A stretch of 63,292 bases of DNA, counting the filler, from Octopus bimaculoides (taxonomy: Eukaryota): the NCBI RefSeq assembly GCF_001194135.2. It is 7 parts of 5 records of this genome, joined end to end, with 100 filler letters (N's around TTAATTAATTAA, not from the genome) between each part and the next. Parts side by side here need not be neighbours in the genome. Positions count along the whole stretch, not along the records: positions 36,524 to 42,470 come from NC_068982.1; positions 42,571 to 46,532 come from NC_068989.1; positions 46,633 to 61,699 come from NC_068983.1; 4 more parts are not named here. One strand, given 5' to 3'. How positions within the stretch are numbered: the first letter of the stretch is position 1; each line of letters opens with the position of its first letter. Both the position numbers and the translations under genes were made by a program. Positions 36,776 to 50,900 of the stretch are shown in pieces. The notes under the pieces were generated by a model. That model saw only the letters and a list, made by a program, of their open reading frames with translations. It was not told the origin of the DNA and searched no databases.

Positions 36776-37937
36776 ATATATATGAAGTGTGCGTAGGTTC
36801 CAAGATTCAATCGTTAAACCGTCAACTGTGATTAATAAAGTAAGCAGCCTAACTATCTCACCTAACATAGAATTGCTCAAAGTCCAATTTAAAAGATTGT
36901 AGTCTTGTAGTCAACGTATTGTAAATTGTTTCGACTTACGGAATTACTCCAAATGTTCGCGTCATTCACTGTAAGCTGTGACAAACTCAGACGACCGGTT
37001 ATAAGTTGACTACACTGAAATAATATATAACAAAGTGATCACTAATAAACTTAACATAATAAACTGAGATAATATAATTAATTAAAACCAAACCCATGAA
37101 GGAGAGAACATTAGAACACTATCTTAATGATCAATGTGTTTAAAATATATATTATGAAACAAAGCGTTTCTTGGATTCTTAGCACTTAGAAATTTATGAG
37201 AGTCAACTGTCATACTTGGATAAATCTTATTGCTTTCCTGAAAATCTTATGTTTAAATTCAGTGCAACAGAAATAAACTCATTCACTTCTCCGACCTACA
37301 TAAAATTTTCGAACAAATATAAATACGGAACTCTAAATAGAATTCTTCCTTTTTCGTCCGGCATCTGTCTTATTGTTTTCAATAATAAATGAAGCAAACA
37401 GATTTTATACGTGTTTTATCTTTTATTTACATCTTAGAACAGAGCTATTTCTCTATACAATTATAGAGACTTAATCCATATTAACGTTATTTATATCATG
37501 TTAAAGGAACTTTGTGAAGATGCATCTTCTCTTTCAGCCGGCTCCTTGTCGGAAGAACATGTTTTCTCTGAATATTTTAGGGGAGTTCGTTTTCGATTTT
37601 AGACGTCTTTCTTTTTCTTGCATGCCTATATCTTCATAACCTCTACAACTGACACAAATGCTACTAAAAGTGTACGAACCTTGTCGTTGTTAATTTCCCC
37701 TTAATACTGTAAATAACAGATTGCTAAGGACTCTTATATACGGTTCCTAACGACGAATTCACAGGAAAATAAAAAGCTGTAAGAATAACTTATATTCCTT
37801 CCGTTGATTAATTTGGTTCATATCACACTGTCCCACGAAGTTTAAATAATCTGCTATCATTAACATATATCTGTCACATATAATTTCTAGGTACACGTTA
37901 TACTCAAAAGTTAGAGAATACAATATAAGAAGGAGAA

Positions 37938-39195
37938 CAGGTCAGGTCAAGCGTGGAAGCAAGCGCCGTTGCAGCACATTCCTGCATTCATCATTTGTCG
38001 GTATATTCTCGGTCCTCTCGGGTGACCCGTCGAGCAGAGTCCCAGTCAGTGCCTATCTCTTCGAGATACCCCCTCATCTGCTGTGACCATGTGGCATGTG
38101 GTCGATCAATATTACCCGACAACCCAGCCGCATCCCCAGTGAAGAGAATATGGTAAACAGGGTCTAACTTAGCAAATCTAACAGCATGGCCAAACAGTCT
38201 GAGCTGGCGTTCCTGAATTATACAAGTAACAGGGCGCATCCCAATATCTGAGTAGAATCGTTGATTGAATACGAAATCTGACCAATGGTGACCCATAAGT
38301 GACCCATAAGTGACCCATAAGTTCGGGTGGCTCATAAAGGCCCCGGACAGTGTCCTAATCACACGACTATGGAACAGGATAAGAATTGACAGAGACCTAA
38401 AGACCCGAACCTTTGTCCTCCTGCACAGATATAGGCGGCATCAGAAACGCTCGCCCAATGAGTCCACAGCTGCACCAGCTCATCCAAGTCATTTTAGGAC
38501 TTCAGACTCGCAGCTAATGCCACTATAAATCTCACTGCCGAGATAAGTGAAGCGGTAAACAACTTTGACATTCTCACCTGCGACAGAGACAGACGAGGTG
38601 GAGTCCTCCAAGAAGCCGACGAAGGATTGGATCTTGTCTTAACATAAGAGCCTCTAAGGCCAAGTGGTTCCGCTTCTTCACTCAGTGAAAGGAGAGCGCT
38701 CCTTAAGACATCCAGAGACTCAACAAGAATAACCGCGTCATCAACAAAACCTAGTCCTGTAATCCTATTTTGACCAATAAGTGTATCACAGCTCGATCGA
38801 TATTCAGCGAAGTATCCAATCCATGCAGGCATTGAACAAAGTGAGAGCCTAGACACAACCCTGACCGACCCCAGATCTAACTGTGAAAAAGTCAGATGTT
38901 GAGCCCCCAATCCGAACTGCACTGACAATTCCGTGTACAAGGCCAAGTCAGTTGGGGAAGTATACGTCACAGCTCCAGAATCCTCGAAAGCACATCCTTT
39001 TCCGCCGAGTCAAACGCCTTGCGGAGGTCGGCATAAGCTGCAGGCACCCCTGCCGAAAGCTCCACCCGCGTTCAATGAGTACACGAAAAGCCAGCATCCT
39101 GTTAGTAGTTGACCTCTTCAGCGTGAACTCTGATTGCTCCGGCCGCTGAGATGCAAGCAGACGCTTTCATATTCTGTTCAAGATGACCCTGGCTA
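37938..39195 (-). mobile_element. RTE-clade LINE, RT to 3' end (second lineage)
   Basis: LARVILNRI...AYADLRKAFDS...FVDDAVILVESLDVL...LGLR...KT...ERQLRLFGHAVR; (TGACC)n-like tail near 37938-37950. Confidence 0.9.
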
Positions 39196-40480
39196 GAATA
39201 AGGGAAATGATTTATAAAAAATGCTAATCACTTTTTACCAAAGCCCCCCCTTGAGAGAGTGGAGTGGGAAAAGGTTCTCTCCTCAAAGTAGAAGGCCTGT
39301 GTCAACTGGCTAACCTGCCCCACCTTGCTATGACCTGGTTATGCTCATAACCTTTTGTAAGTCCTTCCAAACTGGTGAGGATGATGCAGTTGATTTTTGT
39401 ATAGATATCCAAATGCTGACGTCAATCAGTAGCGTAGCTAATAGATGGGCGGTCCGTCCCTGAATGACACTTTTATGGGGGAGAGGGGGTCACTTTTGGG
39501 TTTGCTGTATAAGCCTGTATATGCACTGGTGACCAGGAGAAGAGACGACGAACTCAAGGGCTTCCTCGGGTGAAACACTCTCAAATTACACCACTGATAT
39601 TAATTGGGAAAATATGGGTTTGACGAGTCAACAAGAAAGACTACTGCGGACACTCAACATATGAGTAATAGCAGACACATTTCTCATAAATCCATTAGGA
39701 ATGATGCGACTGGAACATGTTTGATCATTGTCTGCTGGATCAAGGCTGACCTGGAGCTAAATATCAATAGCGTGTGCAGAAGATAGATTTCAGAGAATTG
39801 CAATTCTGAAGAAGGAAACAATATGCAAAGAGGTGTGTGGGTAATATAGAGTTGAGAGGGTGTGAAGTAGATAGGAGGGTGCATCGGGTAGATTTATCAT
39901 GACAGCATGACATCAGTTTGCTAGGAAGCTGACTTTAACATAAAAGCGCTCATCTCAGTTTACACCTGACTAGAGCTAACTATAAAACTCTTGTCTCCAC
40001 ACCACCATTAGCAGCAAATTGAAACAAAAACGAAACAAACACCTAAAACAACAAATATTGTTTTTTTTTTTTTAAAAAAAAGACTAATTCTAGCGTTTGT
40101 TAGATTTGTGATAAAATGTATGTGGAAATATTCAATATTTGTGTTTACAGATATCGTTGTCTATTCTCTGTAAGGAAACAAAATACCTAAAATAGAGAGT
40201 AAGTTAATACTCAATTGCAAGTGAAGAAGAGACGCAAAACAACATTGACAACAACAACAACAATGATAACAATACTGATTAAGAGGAGCAAAGTAACGAC
40301 AAAAATGTAATTAACGTTCGATCGACTATAAACGATATGATTATTTGACTTAGCACTACAATATGTAGATTTTTTAAACACATGCTGGTCGAAATGGTAT
40401 TTGTTTTTAAAAAGCTAATAAGAAAACTCGAACATATGCAGTTTCCCATCGGTTTCAATAAAGACTCTTTTCTATCAAAC

Positions 40481-40501
40481 ACACACATACACACACGCAC
40501 G

Positions 40502-40596
<95 letters not shown>
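40481..40596. repeat. (CA)n microsatellite
   Basis: Direct reading. Confidence 0.97.
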
Positions 40597-40597
<1 letters not shown>

Positions 40598-40921
40598 AGA
40601 AAAGTATCTCTTCCCCCCCTTCAACAAACAAGTCAGTTGACAATGGGAGTGATAACAATTTACTTAAGATTCGTGAAAGTTGATTTAGCTCAAGATATAA
40701 TTAGTCCCTTTAGTCCTCTTCTTGACTGACTGTATTTCTCATACATAGATTTCCTTACATATTTAAACACATTTGCTGAGTTTATCTTCTGACTCTAATG
40801 ATTTCTAACATAAGCCCACGACCACAAATTTGGGATGGGGAGTATATCAGTTGATACAGTTGAATGTATCTGTTATACCTCCAAGATATGACTAATACAT
40901 TACTAGTCTCGGAAGGCTGAT

Positions 40922-41022
40922 AGGCAAAGTTGATCGAGATGCGATTTGAGCTCAGAATGTAAAGAGCCGGAATCAAATATAACAAAGCATTTAGTTCGAC
41001 GCTCTAACGATTCTGCCAGTTC
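40922..41022 (-). mobile_element. SINE family A 5' fragment
   Basis: CTGGCAGAATCGTTAG head on the minus strand. Confidence 0.65.
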
Positions 41023-41411
41023 CTTTGCTTTTATGTACTAACAATGATGTATAAGTGAATGGTTAAAAATGACAGTTCACTTCGCAGTCATGAGGTTCTG
41101 AGTTCGATCTTACAACGTGCTGTATTTGACAAATGTCTTTTATCCATTGCACCCGGTTCGATCTAAGCCTTGTGAGTGAAACTGTGTTAATTCCATCGGA
41201 TTGATTGTACCTATAAATCCGTGTTATATTGTGTCATGCTGAATCAGAATGGAAATTACGTTAAGGATACAAGAGTGTCTGTGGAGTACACAGCAATTTA
41301 CTCTTAATTTAATAGTGTTTCTTAAACCTTTTTGTCCCACGCTTCACTTCGATCGTAAAATAAATAAATAACCATGAACAAAGTTAACATACATACATAC
41401 ATACATACATA

Positions 41412-41457
<46 letters not shown>

Positions 41458-41774
41458 ATGAATGTAAGTATGTATGGGCATATATATATATAAAGACAAG
41501 TACAGGTATATCAAATATCATACAAAAAAAATTCTTGATTTAACAAAATTATCTCTACCTCTAGAGGATGTAACATAATTACCAAATGGAAATTATGATC
41601 AGCTGCATTTAAAAAGGGGGTGATAATCTCAAGGTTCAAGAATTTTCTCCATAACTGATATACCATTAAGGAAAAGGGCAGGCTTGTTGTCTGTAGATAA
41701 GAGAAGAGTCGTCGACACATGCTACTGGCTCAATAGCACGGCAGTCGCCAGACCTTATCTCCAAAAGAGACTTA

Positions 41775-42255
41775 GGCTTGCACCCTGAAGCACATCTTGA
41801 CATAATGCCCAAGGACACTGGGAGAACGCCGATACAAGTGGAGACATGACAAGGTCCTTGCAGAAATCGTCAAGTGGACTGATCAGCAAAGAGTAAAGAG
41901 TAATAAACACCAGTTACCACTACCAAAGGGTATCAAATTCCCAAAGGAGGGCGACAAAGCTACCAAGACGAAAGCAATGACTGGAGACCCGTTTTCTATT
42001 TTGCGTTCGACCTCAGATTGAGAGAAGCAAGTGGACCTCAAAGTTAGACTTGTCTTTCCAGAGGAGATAGTGGTAATAACACTCCGACCAGACGACATGA
42101 TTTTGCTTTTGCTTTCCAGGAATACAAAAAACAATCATCGAGGTCGAACTCAGAGTGCCATGGGCGGACAGACACGATATGTCTCACCACGTACAGAAAA
42201 CCAAACATCGGGACTTAGTCGACGAGATCCTTGCCGCGGCTTTCCAGTTAGAAAA
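41775..42255 (+). mobile_element. HERO/NeSL-type RLE non-LTR retrotransposon 3' fragment
   Basis: TLKHILT*C....ERRYKWRHDKVL...D*EKQVDL..RLVFPEEI..TLRPD...TIIEVELRVPW. Confidence 0.8.
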
Positions 42256-42635
42256 GTGCGTTATTGCATATAGAAAAAAATTTCAGCTTTTTGCCTAATG
42301 CAAGCCCGGAGCAATATCTTATTTCTTACACTATTTCAGTATTACGTGTCAAAAGTGAAACAATAATATCTCTATTGTAATGCGAGATACTTTCAGTTTT
42401 GATACTTTCAATATTAATACTGAAACTATTATCTCTCTTACATATATGCATATATATATATATATATATANNNNNNNNNNNNNNNNNNNNNNNNNNNNNN
42501 NNNNNNNNNNNNNNTTAATTAATTAANNNNNNNNNNNNNNNNNNNNNNNNNNNNNNNNNNNNNNNNNNNNATATATATATATGTATACATGCATGCATTC
42601 CTACTTATTAACATTCTACCTACCTACCAACTTTA

Positions 42636-42695
<60 letters not shown>

Positions 42696-43884
42696 ATATA
42701 TCTATCTATTTATTTATCTATCTAACTAACTAATTCTCTCTTTTATCTCTTACTTGTGCCAATCATTGGACTCCTACAAGGCTAGGGCACCGTGCTAAAG
42801 GATTTAGTTGAATAAATTAATCCTGTTACTTATTTTTAAGTTTGGGTCTTATTCTATCGGGTTCTTTTTGCCGAACCACGAAGTCACGGGGTGTAAGCAA
42901 AAACATGAGTTGCCAAACAGCGGGGACACACACATACACACACACACACGTACACATGTAGATGTGTATGTTTCATGTAAGATATTGTTTTTTATGAAGG
43001 AAAACCAGCTGCATCTATCACCTTCACAAGCCTTCCGACAGTGCTTGGAGACCGTACGTAAGGTAGAGTAATGGACTGATAGTCATGCAATGTAAAGTTT
43101 CGGTTCTCTTCATTTCGTATGTTTGAACCACTCTGGCGCGCATCGTCCGCATTTCTCGGGGCACAAAAAAGAAAAAGAAAGACAAAAGTCTTGTTAAGGG
43201 AAATAACTTCGTTGAGTGGCAAACTTGTAAAAGTTACTTCCCTTGTATATGGGAATAGCTTCCTTTCTCCTTTCAATATTCTTTTTTAGGTTTTTCTGAA
43301 ATTTTTTTTAAGCTTTTGTAATGGTTAATTAATTAGATGTTGACTTGTTAATGAAGGAGACAAATTGATTAGATAATATGTTATTTATATTCAGGCTGCA
43401 GTGTTGATGTTCTTGTTTAACCCTAGGTCACCAAAGATTAAGCATTCAGCCCTAATCATCTCTGATATCCAATGTCGCCTTCTACTTTGAAGATATTGAC
43501 ATGTGAACAGCTAGAGACGTGACTGTTGTTTCTAAAACGTTACACCACTTTCAAGAGACTCACTGTTTTTGTTGTTTACTCCTGACCAGCTCTGAAACAA
43601 TCGGAGAGACGACGAAGAGTTTCCAGCCTGGATCTTCCGGTTAACTAGTTAATACATCATCGAATGCTTCCTTCCTTATTTCAAGAGGGTAGACCGCGAT
43701 GTGAAGGAGATTAGGCAGCTAATTTTAACAAGTCAAACAGCCACGTAGAGATTCCATTGCTTTTGTCGTTATTGTTATTGTTTAACTTCATATCAGTGTG
43801 TTTCAACTCAGAACGTAAAGAACCGAAACAATGACATTGTCCGACGTTCTAATGAGAAATACTTTGGAATATTTTTTCTGACTC

Positions 43885-44028
43885 ATGTCCAAAGTTCAAA
43901 TCCGTGTCATGGTCATCTTTACTTTTCATCCTCTCCGACTCCATAAAATAAAGTACCAATCAAGTATTGGTAAACGACTAACACTCTTCCTGTATATTTT
44001 TGGCCTCGTGCCAAAATTTGAAACAGTT
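43885..44028 (+). mobile_element. SINE family A fragment
   Basis: B box, diverged core, CCAAAATTTGAAAC tail. Confidence 0.6.
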
Positions 44029-44599
44029 ACTATTACTATTTGTTTGTTAACAATGTTATAGAAACTTCAACTATTACTTTGCTAATGTGAGACGACACAG
44101 TAAGAGAATTAAGAAATTTTACCAGATTCAGAGCTGCTTGCTCATTATCTGCATATGTTTATCGCCTGATTTGCTTTCCGAAAATGTCTTCCTGATGGAA
44201 TATCGTAGTGCTTTTCGGTTTACTGGAACAATCTGGCAAAAATCAACGCGCAAAAATAAGCAATTTCCAACGAAATAATACACGATTATTCATCACTTCT
44301 TTCAGCATCTAATTTAGTGTTTTAAAAAGATGGCTACGCCTTGTAGGTGACTAATCTCAGTCTCATCAAATGGAGATACTATGCAAGTTGCGTTTTAATT
44401 TGCAGGTAGTTATGAGAAACTAGAACCGTATACGCAGTGCGACATAATTGCTGCAATGTTATACAGTGTTACAGTGTAATAGCAAAAGCTGTTGTTCTTA
44501 TGTACATATATGAATAATGCGTTGAGTGAAAAGATTTTACCTGTATCATTTCGTGAAGCAAGGAATAGTACTCTATTTGCATTAATACCTATTTCAAAG

Positions 44600-44850
44600 G
44601 CCATGAGCTAGCAGAAACATGCCGAACTAAACGCTCAGTGGAATTTCGTCCGCCTTTACGGCCTGAGTTCCAAGTCCGCCGAAGTCGACTTTTGCTTTTA
44701 TTGTTTCGGGGTTGACGAAATAAGTACCAGCTGGGTTTCAGGTTATCGACTAACTGAGATTCAGGTAATCGACTAACTGGGACTGAGGCAATCGACTTCC
44801 CCTTCCCCTACAAAAAATTCAGGCTTTGTGATTATAAAGACAGGATTAAT
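44600..44850 (+). mobile_element. SINE family A copy with a duplicated ATCGACT segment
   Basis: GAGCTAGCAGAA head, GCCGAAGTCGACTTT core. Confidence 0.75.
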
Positions 44851-45009
44851 TTCCAATTTCTTTTTTTTGAGATTTCAAATGTGTTTTACTCTTCATCATT
44901 TTGCAAAATGATATATACTTTTTTAAAATATCCCAGTATCGGGTTCAGCCTCGTCTTCATAAACTGTGACAAATTACTTGTCCGAAGACCATAGTTGGCA
45001 GAGGGTAAA

Positions 45010-45058
<49 letters not shown>

Positions 45059-45068
45059 GATCGATCGA

Positions 45069-45137
<69 letters not shown>

Positions 45138-45142
45138 CCGTC
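45010..45142. repeat. Compound tetranucleotide microsatellite (CTAT)n-(CGAT)n-(CTGT)n
   Basis: Direct reading; runs into a gap. Confidence 0.95.
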
Positions 45143-46092
45143 NNNNNNNNNNNNNNNNNNNNNNNNNNNNNNNNNNNNNNNNNNNNNNNNNNNNNNNNNN
45201 NNNNNNNNNNNNNNNNNNNNNNNNNNNNNNNNNNNNNNNNNNNNNNNNNNNNNNNNNNNNNNNNNNNNNNNNNNNNNNNNNNNNNNNNNNNNNNNNNNNN
45301 NNNNNNNNNNNNNNNNNNNNNNNNNNNNNNNNNNNNNNNNNNNNNNNNNNNNNNNNNNNNNNNNNNNNNNNNNNNNNNNNNNNNNNNNNNNNNNNNNNNN
45401 NNNNNNNNNNNNNNNNNNNNNNNNNNNNNNNNNNNNNNNNNNNNNNNNNNNNNNNNNNNNNNNNNNNNNNNNNNNNNNNNNNNNNNNNNNNNNNNNNNNN
45501 NNNNNNNNNNNNNNNNNNNNNNNNNNNNNNNNNNNNNNNNNNNNNNNNNNNNNNNNNNNNNNNNNNNNNNNNNNNNNNNNNNNNNNNNNNNNNNNNNNNN
45601 NNNNNNNNNNNNNNNNNNNNNNNNNNNNNNNNNNNNNNNNNNNNNNNNNNNNNNNNNNNNNNNNNNNNNNNNNNNNNNNNNNNNNNNNNNNNNNNNNNNN
45701 NNNNNNNNNNNNNNNNNNNNNNNNNNNNNNNNNNNNNNNNNNNNNNNNNNNNNNNNNNNNNNNNNNNNNNNNNNNNNNNNNNNNNNNNNNNNNNNNNNNN
45801 NNNNNNNNNNNNNNNNNNNNNNNNNNNNNNNNNNNNNNNNNNNNNNNNNNNNNNNNNNNNNNNNNNNNNNNNNNNNNNNNNNNNNNNNNNNNNNNNNNNN
45901 NNNNNNNNNNNNNNNNNNNNNNNNNNNNNNNNNNNNNNNNNNNNNNNNNNNNNNNNNNNNNNNNNNNNNNNNNNNNNNNNNNNNNNNNNNNNNNNNNNNN
46001 NNNNNNNNNNNNNNNNNNNNNNNNNNNNNNNNNNNNNNNNNNNNNNNNNNNNNNNNNNNNNNNNNNNNNNNNNNNNNNNNNNNNNNNNNNNN

Positions 46093-46139
<47 letters not shown>

Positions 46140-46486
46140 GGAAGGATATTTAAACGAACGTTACTTGCACATTATTGGTGAAGATTCACTTACACACAGA
46201 TGACAACTGTGTGTATGTAAATGTATGTGGGTAAATTGAGGTATGTATATATGTATATATGTATGTATGAATGTACGTACGTATGTATGTATGTATATAT
46301 GTATATATGTATATATGTGCCCACAACATTAGCATTCAAATGTTTGAGAAATAAACGAGTATTTTTCTGAAAAAATATTGTTCATTCTCATGAGTAAACT
46401 ATTCCATTTCGGTTGTTTTGTTTATTTCCTTGAGTTATTCGAAATATTCTGTTATGTTTGTGTGCGTGCTCGCGCGCGCATCTGTG

Positions 46487-46532
<46 letters not shown>

Positions 46533-46974
46533 NNNNNNNNNNNNNNNNNNNNNNNNNNNNNNNNNNNNNNNNNNNNTTAATTAATTAANNNNNNNNNNNN
46601 NNNNNNNNNNNNNNNNNNNNNNNNNNNNNNNNGGGAAAAAGAGATACGTAGTAGTAACAGAGGAAGAACGAGAGGGGTAAAGCGAGATACGTAGTAGTAA
46701 AGAGGGAGAACGAGAGGGGGAAAATGATAGAGGAAGAGAAAGAGAAAGAGAAAGAGATAGAGTAGCGTCGGAAAATATGAAGTTACGAAAACTACTTACA
46801 ATTGGAGACGCTGCGTTCAGTCATGTAAAAACAAATAGTAAATGAGTATATGCATATATATGCATATATATATATATTTATATATGAGTATATGCATATA
46901 TATATATAAAATTTTCAAATCTGGTATATTGATGTAATTTTTCTCGCTGAATCTGATGTTGTTATCAGAGGCTC

Positions 46975-47413
46975 CAAGGCGGTGGCGCCCCATCCTGTTG
47001 GGAAATGAAGTCGTCAGACTCTTCCTCACTCAACTTATCCATTAACCAGTTTTCCAGCATGTCGAGGTATGTGTCACCATCTGAAGTTGAGGGGTGTCCT
47101 GTTCTCTTAGATGGGCATCAACACCTATCCTTCATTAATTTACCATGCCATCTCAATCTAGACTTCCTTTCTGGTGCCTCTTTTCGGAATTTTGTGCGAA
47201 ATGCACGTTGAATTCAGTTTTTTTTTAATTCAAGGACGCAAAATGTCTTTTCTGGTTGAGTGAACGCCATTACTGGATCTGAAAATATATGAAAAAATCA
47301 TTAGCATTACAAAAAGACTTAATGAATTTAGCTTTAAAATGGTACCAGTTTCATCTCAATCATAGTCCAGCAGAAATGAGGACTTGAAATGTGCCCAAGA
47401 CTTCTGGAACAAC

Positions 47414-47416
<3 letters not shown>
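46975..47416 (-). mobile_element. Internally deleted Tc1/mariner transposon (rosa-like N-terminus)
   Basis: TA|CAGGTTGTTCCAGAAG terminus; MAFTQPEKTFCVLE...QRAFRTKF; TYLDML..WLM...DDFISQQDGAPP. Confidence 0.8.
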
Positions 47417-47479
<63 letters not shown>

Positions 47480-47720
47480 CGTGTCCCACCTACCATTTTG
47501 TTCGTTTATATATGAATATTCCTTTACATTATATAAATAAATAAATAGGTAGATAATTTCAAATTAATAATAAAAGGGTAAAATTAATTAATTTAATTAA
47601 TTAATCAATCAATTAATTAATAAATTTACCAAGTATCTCGGTACGTTAAAATAACCTTTATAGGTAAAATTATACAAATATTCTATAATTATAAATATAA
47701 TTATGATTATAATTATAATT

Positions 47721-47722
<2 letters not shown>

Positions 47723-47800
<78 letters not shown>
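47723..47800. repeat. (ACAG)n-(ATAG)n microsatellite
   Basis: Direct reading. Confidence 0.95.
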
Positions 47801-47802
<2 letters not shown>

Positions 47803-48164
47803 CTAAAGGAATAGAGATTTTGCATCCGGGTAAATACCTTTCAAGTATTCTAGTGTAATCCAGTTTCTGGCTAATCACATCGAATGATATGAAACAAAGC
47901 AAATTGTTTGAGGTAAACAATTGCACGATATTTCACCCGATGGGTAAATTCTGTGCTAGGTTCTTCAGATTTTATACAGTATACAGAGTGTATATCCAAG
48001 GCATTAAAATAATAGAGAATTATGCATCCTCAAAAGCTTGTTCATTGCAATACGTTCGCTTTAAATCTCTCTCTGACACTTGTTTCTACTGAATAGATAT
48101 CCTAAGATGTGGCATCCAGTAACGTCCTGTTGATTCAATTGCTTTATAAGTTTTTAGTGAGAAT

Positions 48165-48303
48165 TTTAGCCCAGTACGCAACTGGTATTTAATTTATCGC
48201 CCCCGAAAGGATGAAAGGCAAAGTCGACTTCGGTGGAATTTGAACTCAGAACTGCTAAGCATTTCGCCCGGCATGCTAACGTTTCTGCCAGCTCACCGCC
48301 TTA
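48165..48303 (-). mobile_element. SINE family A (head and core)
   Basis: GGCGGTGAGCTGGCAGAAACGTTAGCATGCCGGGCG on the minus strand. Confidence 0.85.
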
Positions 48304-48339
48304 CTAATTTAATATAATGTTCGGTCATTCTTCGATAGC

Positions 48340-48747
48340 TGTTAGAATTAATCCAGTGAGGAACAACAACAACTCGTGTGAGATTGTGAAGACTTCATAT
48401 GCATGAGGAATTTATTCCGATGCGGAATGAGAGTAATTACACAGCTTGTACATTATCATTCAATTGAACAGAATGGACTTTGAGTAAGGGAATGTTTTCG
48501 TCTTGCCGTGAATGGGATTGAAGAAAATTCAGTCTACAAGAAGTTGTCTCATTGCAGGCACAGAGATGAAGAACACGATAGCTAATCGCAGGTAGTGTAC
48601 AGGAGAAGAAAGAAAGTGTGACGTCCGGGCACGTCTTTTTATAGCTAGGTAACAAGCACCACCTAGTTGCTAACGATACGACGGGAGATAACTATAGATA
48701 ACTTTCATTGAAACTTGACGTTATTGATTCAAATAAGGTTGCCTACA
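48340..48747 (-). mobile_element. Possible solo LTR
   Basis: Minus strand starts TGTAGG, has TATAAAA and AATAAA, ends CTAACA; flanks give no TSD. Confidence 0.3.
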
Positions 48748-49615
48748 AGTTCATGTAGGATATATGTATCCATGTAGCTTTATTTATGGTGTTAAAAACC
48801 CGCCGGTAGCGATATATGTTTGTATTCTTTTTCACACGTAAATTCTATTTGTGGCTTTTATTACTCCCTGGTTGGCTATTACTTCTTTATCAGCGTGTCC
48901 CAATAATTTATCTAAGTTAAGTGTCTAGAACTTTTATGTTATCAGTCATTTGTCTCTTAATATCTTTGTGATATCTTAGTGTAAAGGAATTTTATTACTA
49001 GTCCTCCCCACCACCCTTTCACCTCTACCTAGCATCTTTTTCCTTCCACTTAATAACATCTGTAAACACACACACACTTTACTTCCTTTTAGGGCAACCT
49101 ATCCTCTAATTAATACTTCCATTGGTCATTTCATCTTGTTTTTTGTTTTTTTCTTTTTTCAACTTACCATTCGTGTTGTAGCGAGTTTGATAATCCATTT
49201 GTTCATCCCCGCGAAACAATGTACACAGCTTATAGGTAATAGGACCTGAAGATTAGCTAAGCTGTTTCTGAGTGTAACAACTTATGTAACAAGCGCTGCT
49301 TTGCAATGAAACTGTCGTAGTCAGTGTTTTACCTGTTCCATTCCTTAATTTCTTGGATTATTATTCGCGTTTTAGCAATTTTACTAGCTAAACCACGTGT
49401 TGTATGGTGACTGTCAGACTATCGAAATTTTGGTGCGTTTTCAATATGGAACGAGGTGTACAACTTACAATGTTAATGAACTCGTTTATCGTATATTGTC
49501 CACTTTTGTCATTTATAGAAGCTGCATACATGCTCGAAGCCTACTGACGTCCTACACTTGGATTCCTGGATCGTACTTACACCTATCACTAACATATATA
49601 TATAATATATATATG

Positions 49616-49655
<40 letters not shown>

Positions 49656-50039
49656 TTCGTATTTGTATTTAGTTTACAAGTTTCTCGATGTGAATTCGTG
49701 TGTTGAAACGTTGGAAGAGGCATTATGCCAGTAAGAATAAACACACGCAGTTTATTTGCATCCGTCTCTATATATATCACATATATACGAGGTCAAAACA
49801 ATTACTCTCAAAACTAGACATACATAATCATAGGTATATATTTAGTTATATATCCATGCATAAAACGATTATATACATCAATTTCACTGCATGCCTATTT
49901 ATTTGTATGTCTGTCTTTTTGTCTGTTTCTCTGATTCATTGTCTGTTTACCTGTCTGTCTGACTATTTGTATATCAGACTATCGGTTTCAGGAAGTATTT
50001 TCGCATTTGGGAATATTTTTTCCTTTTTTACTATTGGTG

Positions 50040-50900
50040 TCTAGACAACGCTCGGCAGAATATCATTGAACAGTACCTTGAATACCAGAGACTACTAGTT
50101 TTCAGTTTCATCGACTTCCAGAAATCTTTCGACAGAGGACATAGGGGATCTTTCTAGGGCATTGTCATGTTATACAGCATACCACTGCGCTATGTCAACA
50201 TCTTCAAAAACTTGAACAAGAACTCAAGATGCTGTGTAAGAAATGAATCTGAAGCGACGAAGTTCTTCAGCGTTGTTTCTGAAGTCAGGCAATGCTGCAT
50301 CTGGTCTCCTCTACTGCTTCTGCTGGCTGTTTTGTCCGTGGAATCGTGTGGGGAGGGCAGACAAGTACGAAAGATCTCGACTTTGCTCATGATATAGCAT
50401 TAATTGAAGAGAATTATGCAGATCTGTAAGAGTTGACGACGTCATTGCGACAAAGTGCGGAGAGAATCAGGTTAAGGATCAGTACGACAAAAACAAAAGT
50501 GATGAAGATGAACAATACCAAGGACCCAGAAGCAGCTATCAAGATCAGCCAGCATAGGATAGAAGTGAACTAATTCACCTATCTGAGCATTGAAGCAAGC
50601 AACCCTGGTGATGTGAAACTGGACATTGACTGCAGGATTGGAAAGGCGGAAGCATGCGTTTTATCTGGACGGCCTCGGATACAACACTAATGTGAAATTT
50701 CGTATATATAACTCCATCTTCTGACTGCTCCAATTTATGACAGCAAGACTTGGAAGAGCACTGTTAGGACAGATAGAAAAGTAAAGATATTCCATCAAAA
50801 GTGCCTCAGAAAGACCTCTAAGTGTCAACTGGCGGGACCGTGCCGAGCGCAGATTCTACCCAGCCAGCAACATTCTCCGTTAAGCTGATCAACGGCACAC
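50040..50900 (+). mobile_element. Degraded RTE-clade LINE RT (third lineage)
   Basis: IIEQYLEYQR...SFIDFQKSFD...YSIP..YVNIFKNL..NSRCCVR...VRQCCIWSPLL...DLDFAHDIALI...TYL...DIDCRIGKA. Confidence 0.85.

Noticed and set aside
44123-44232. Possible minus-strand exon (AG...GT, 110 bp)
   Set aside because: All three frames contain stops and the peptide is unrecognisable; splice signals alone are insufficient.
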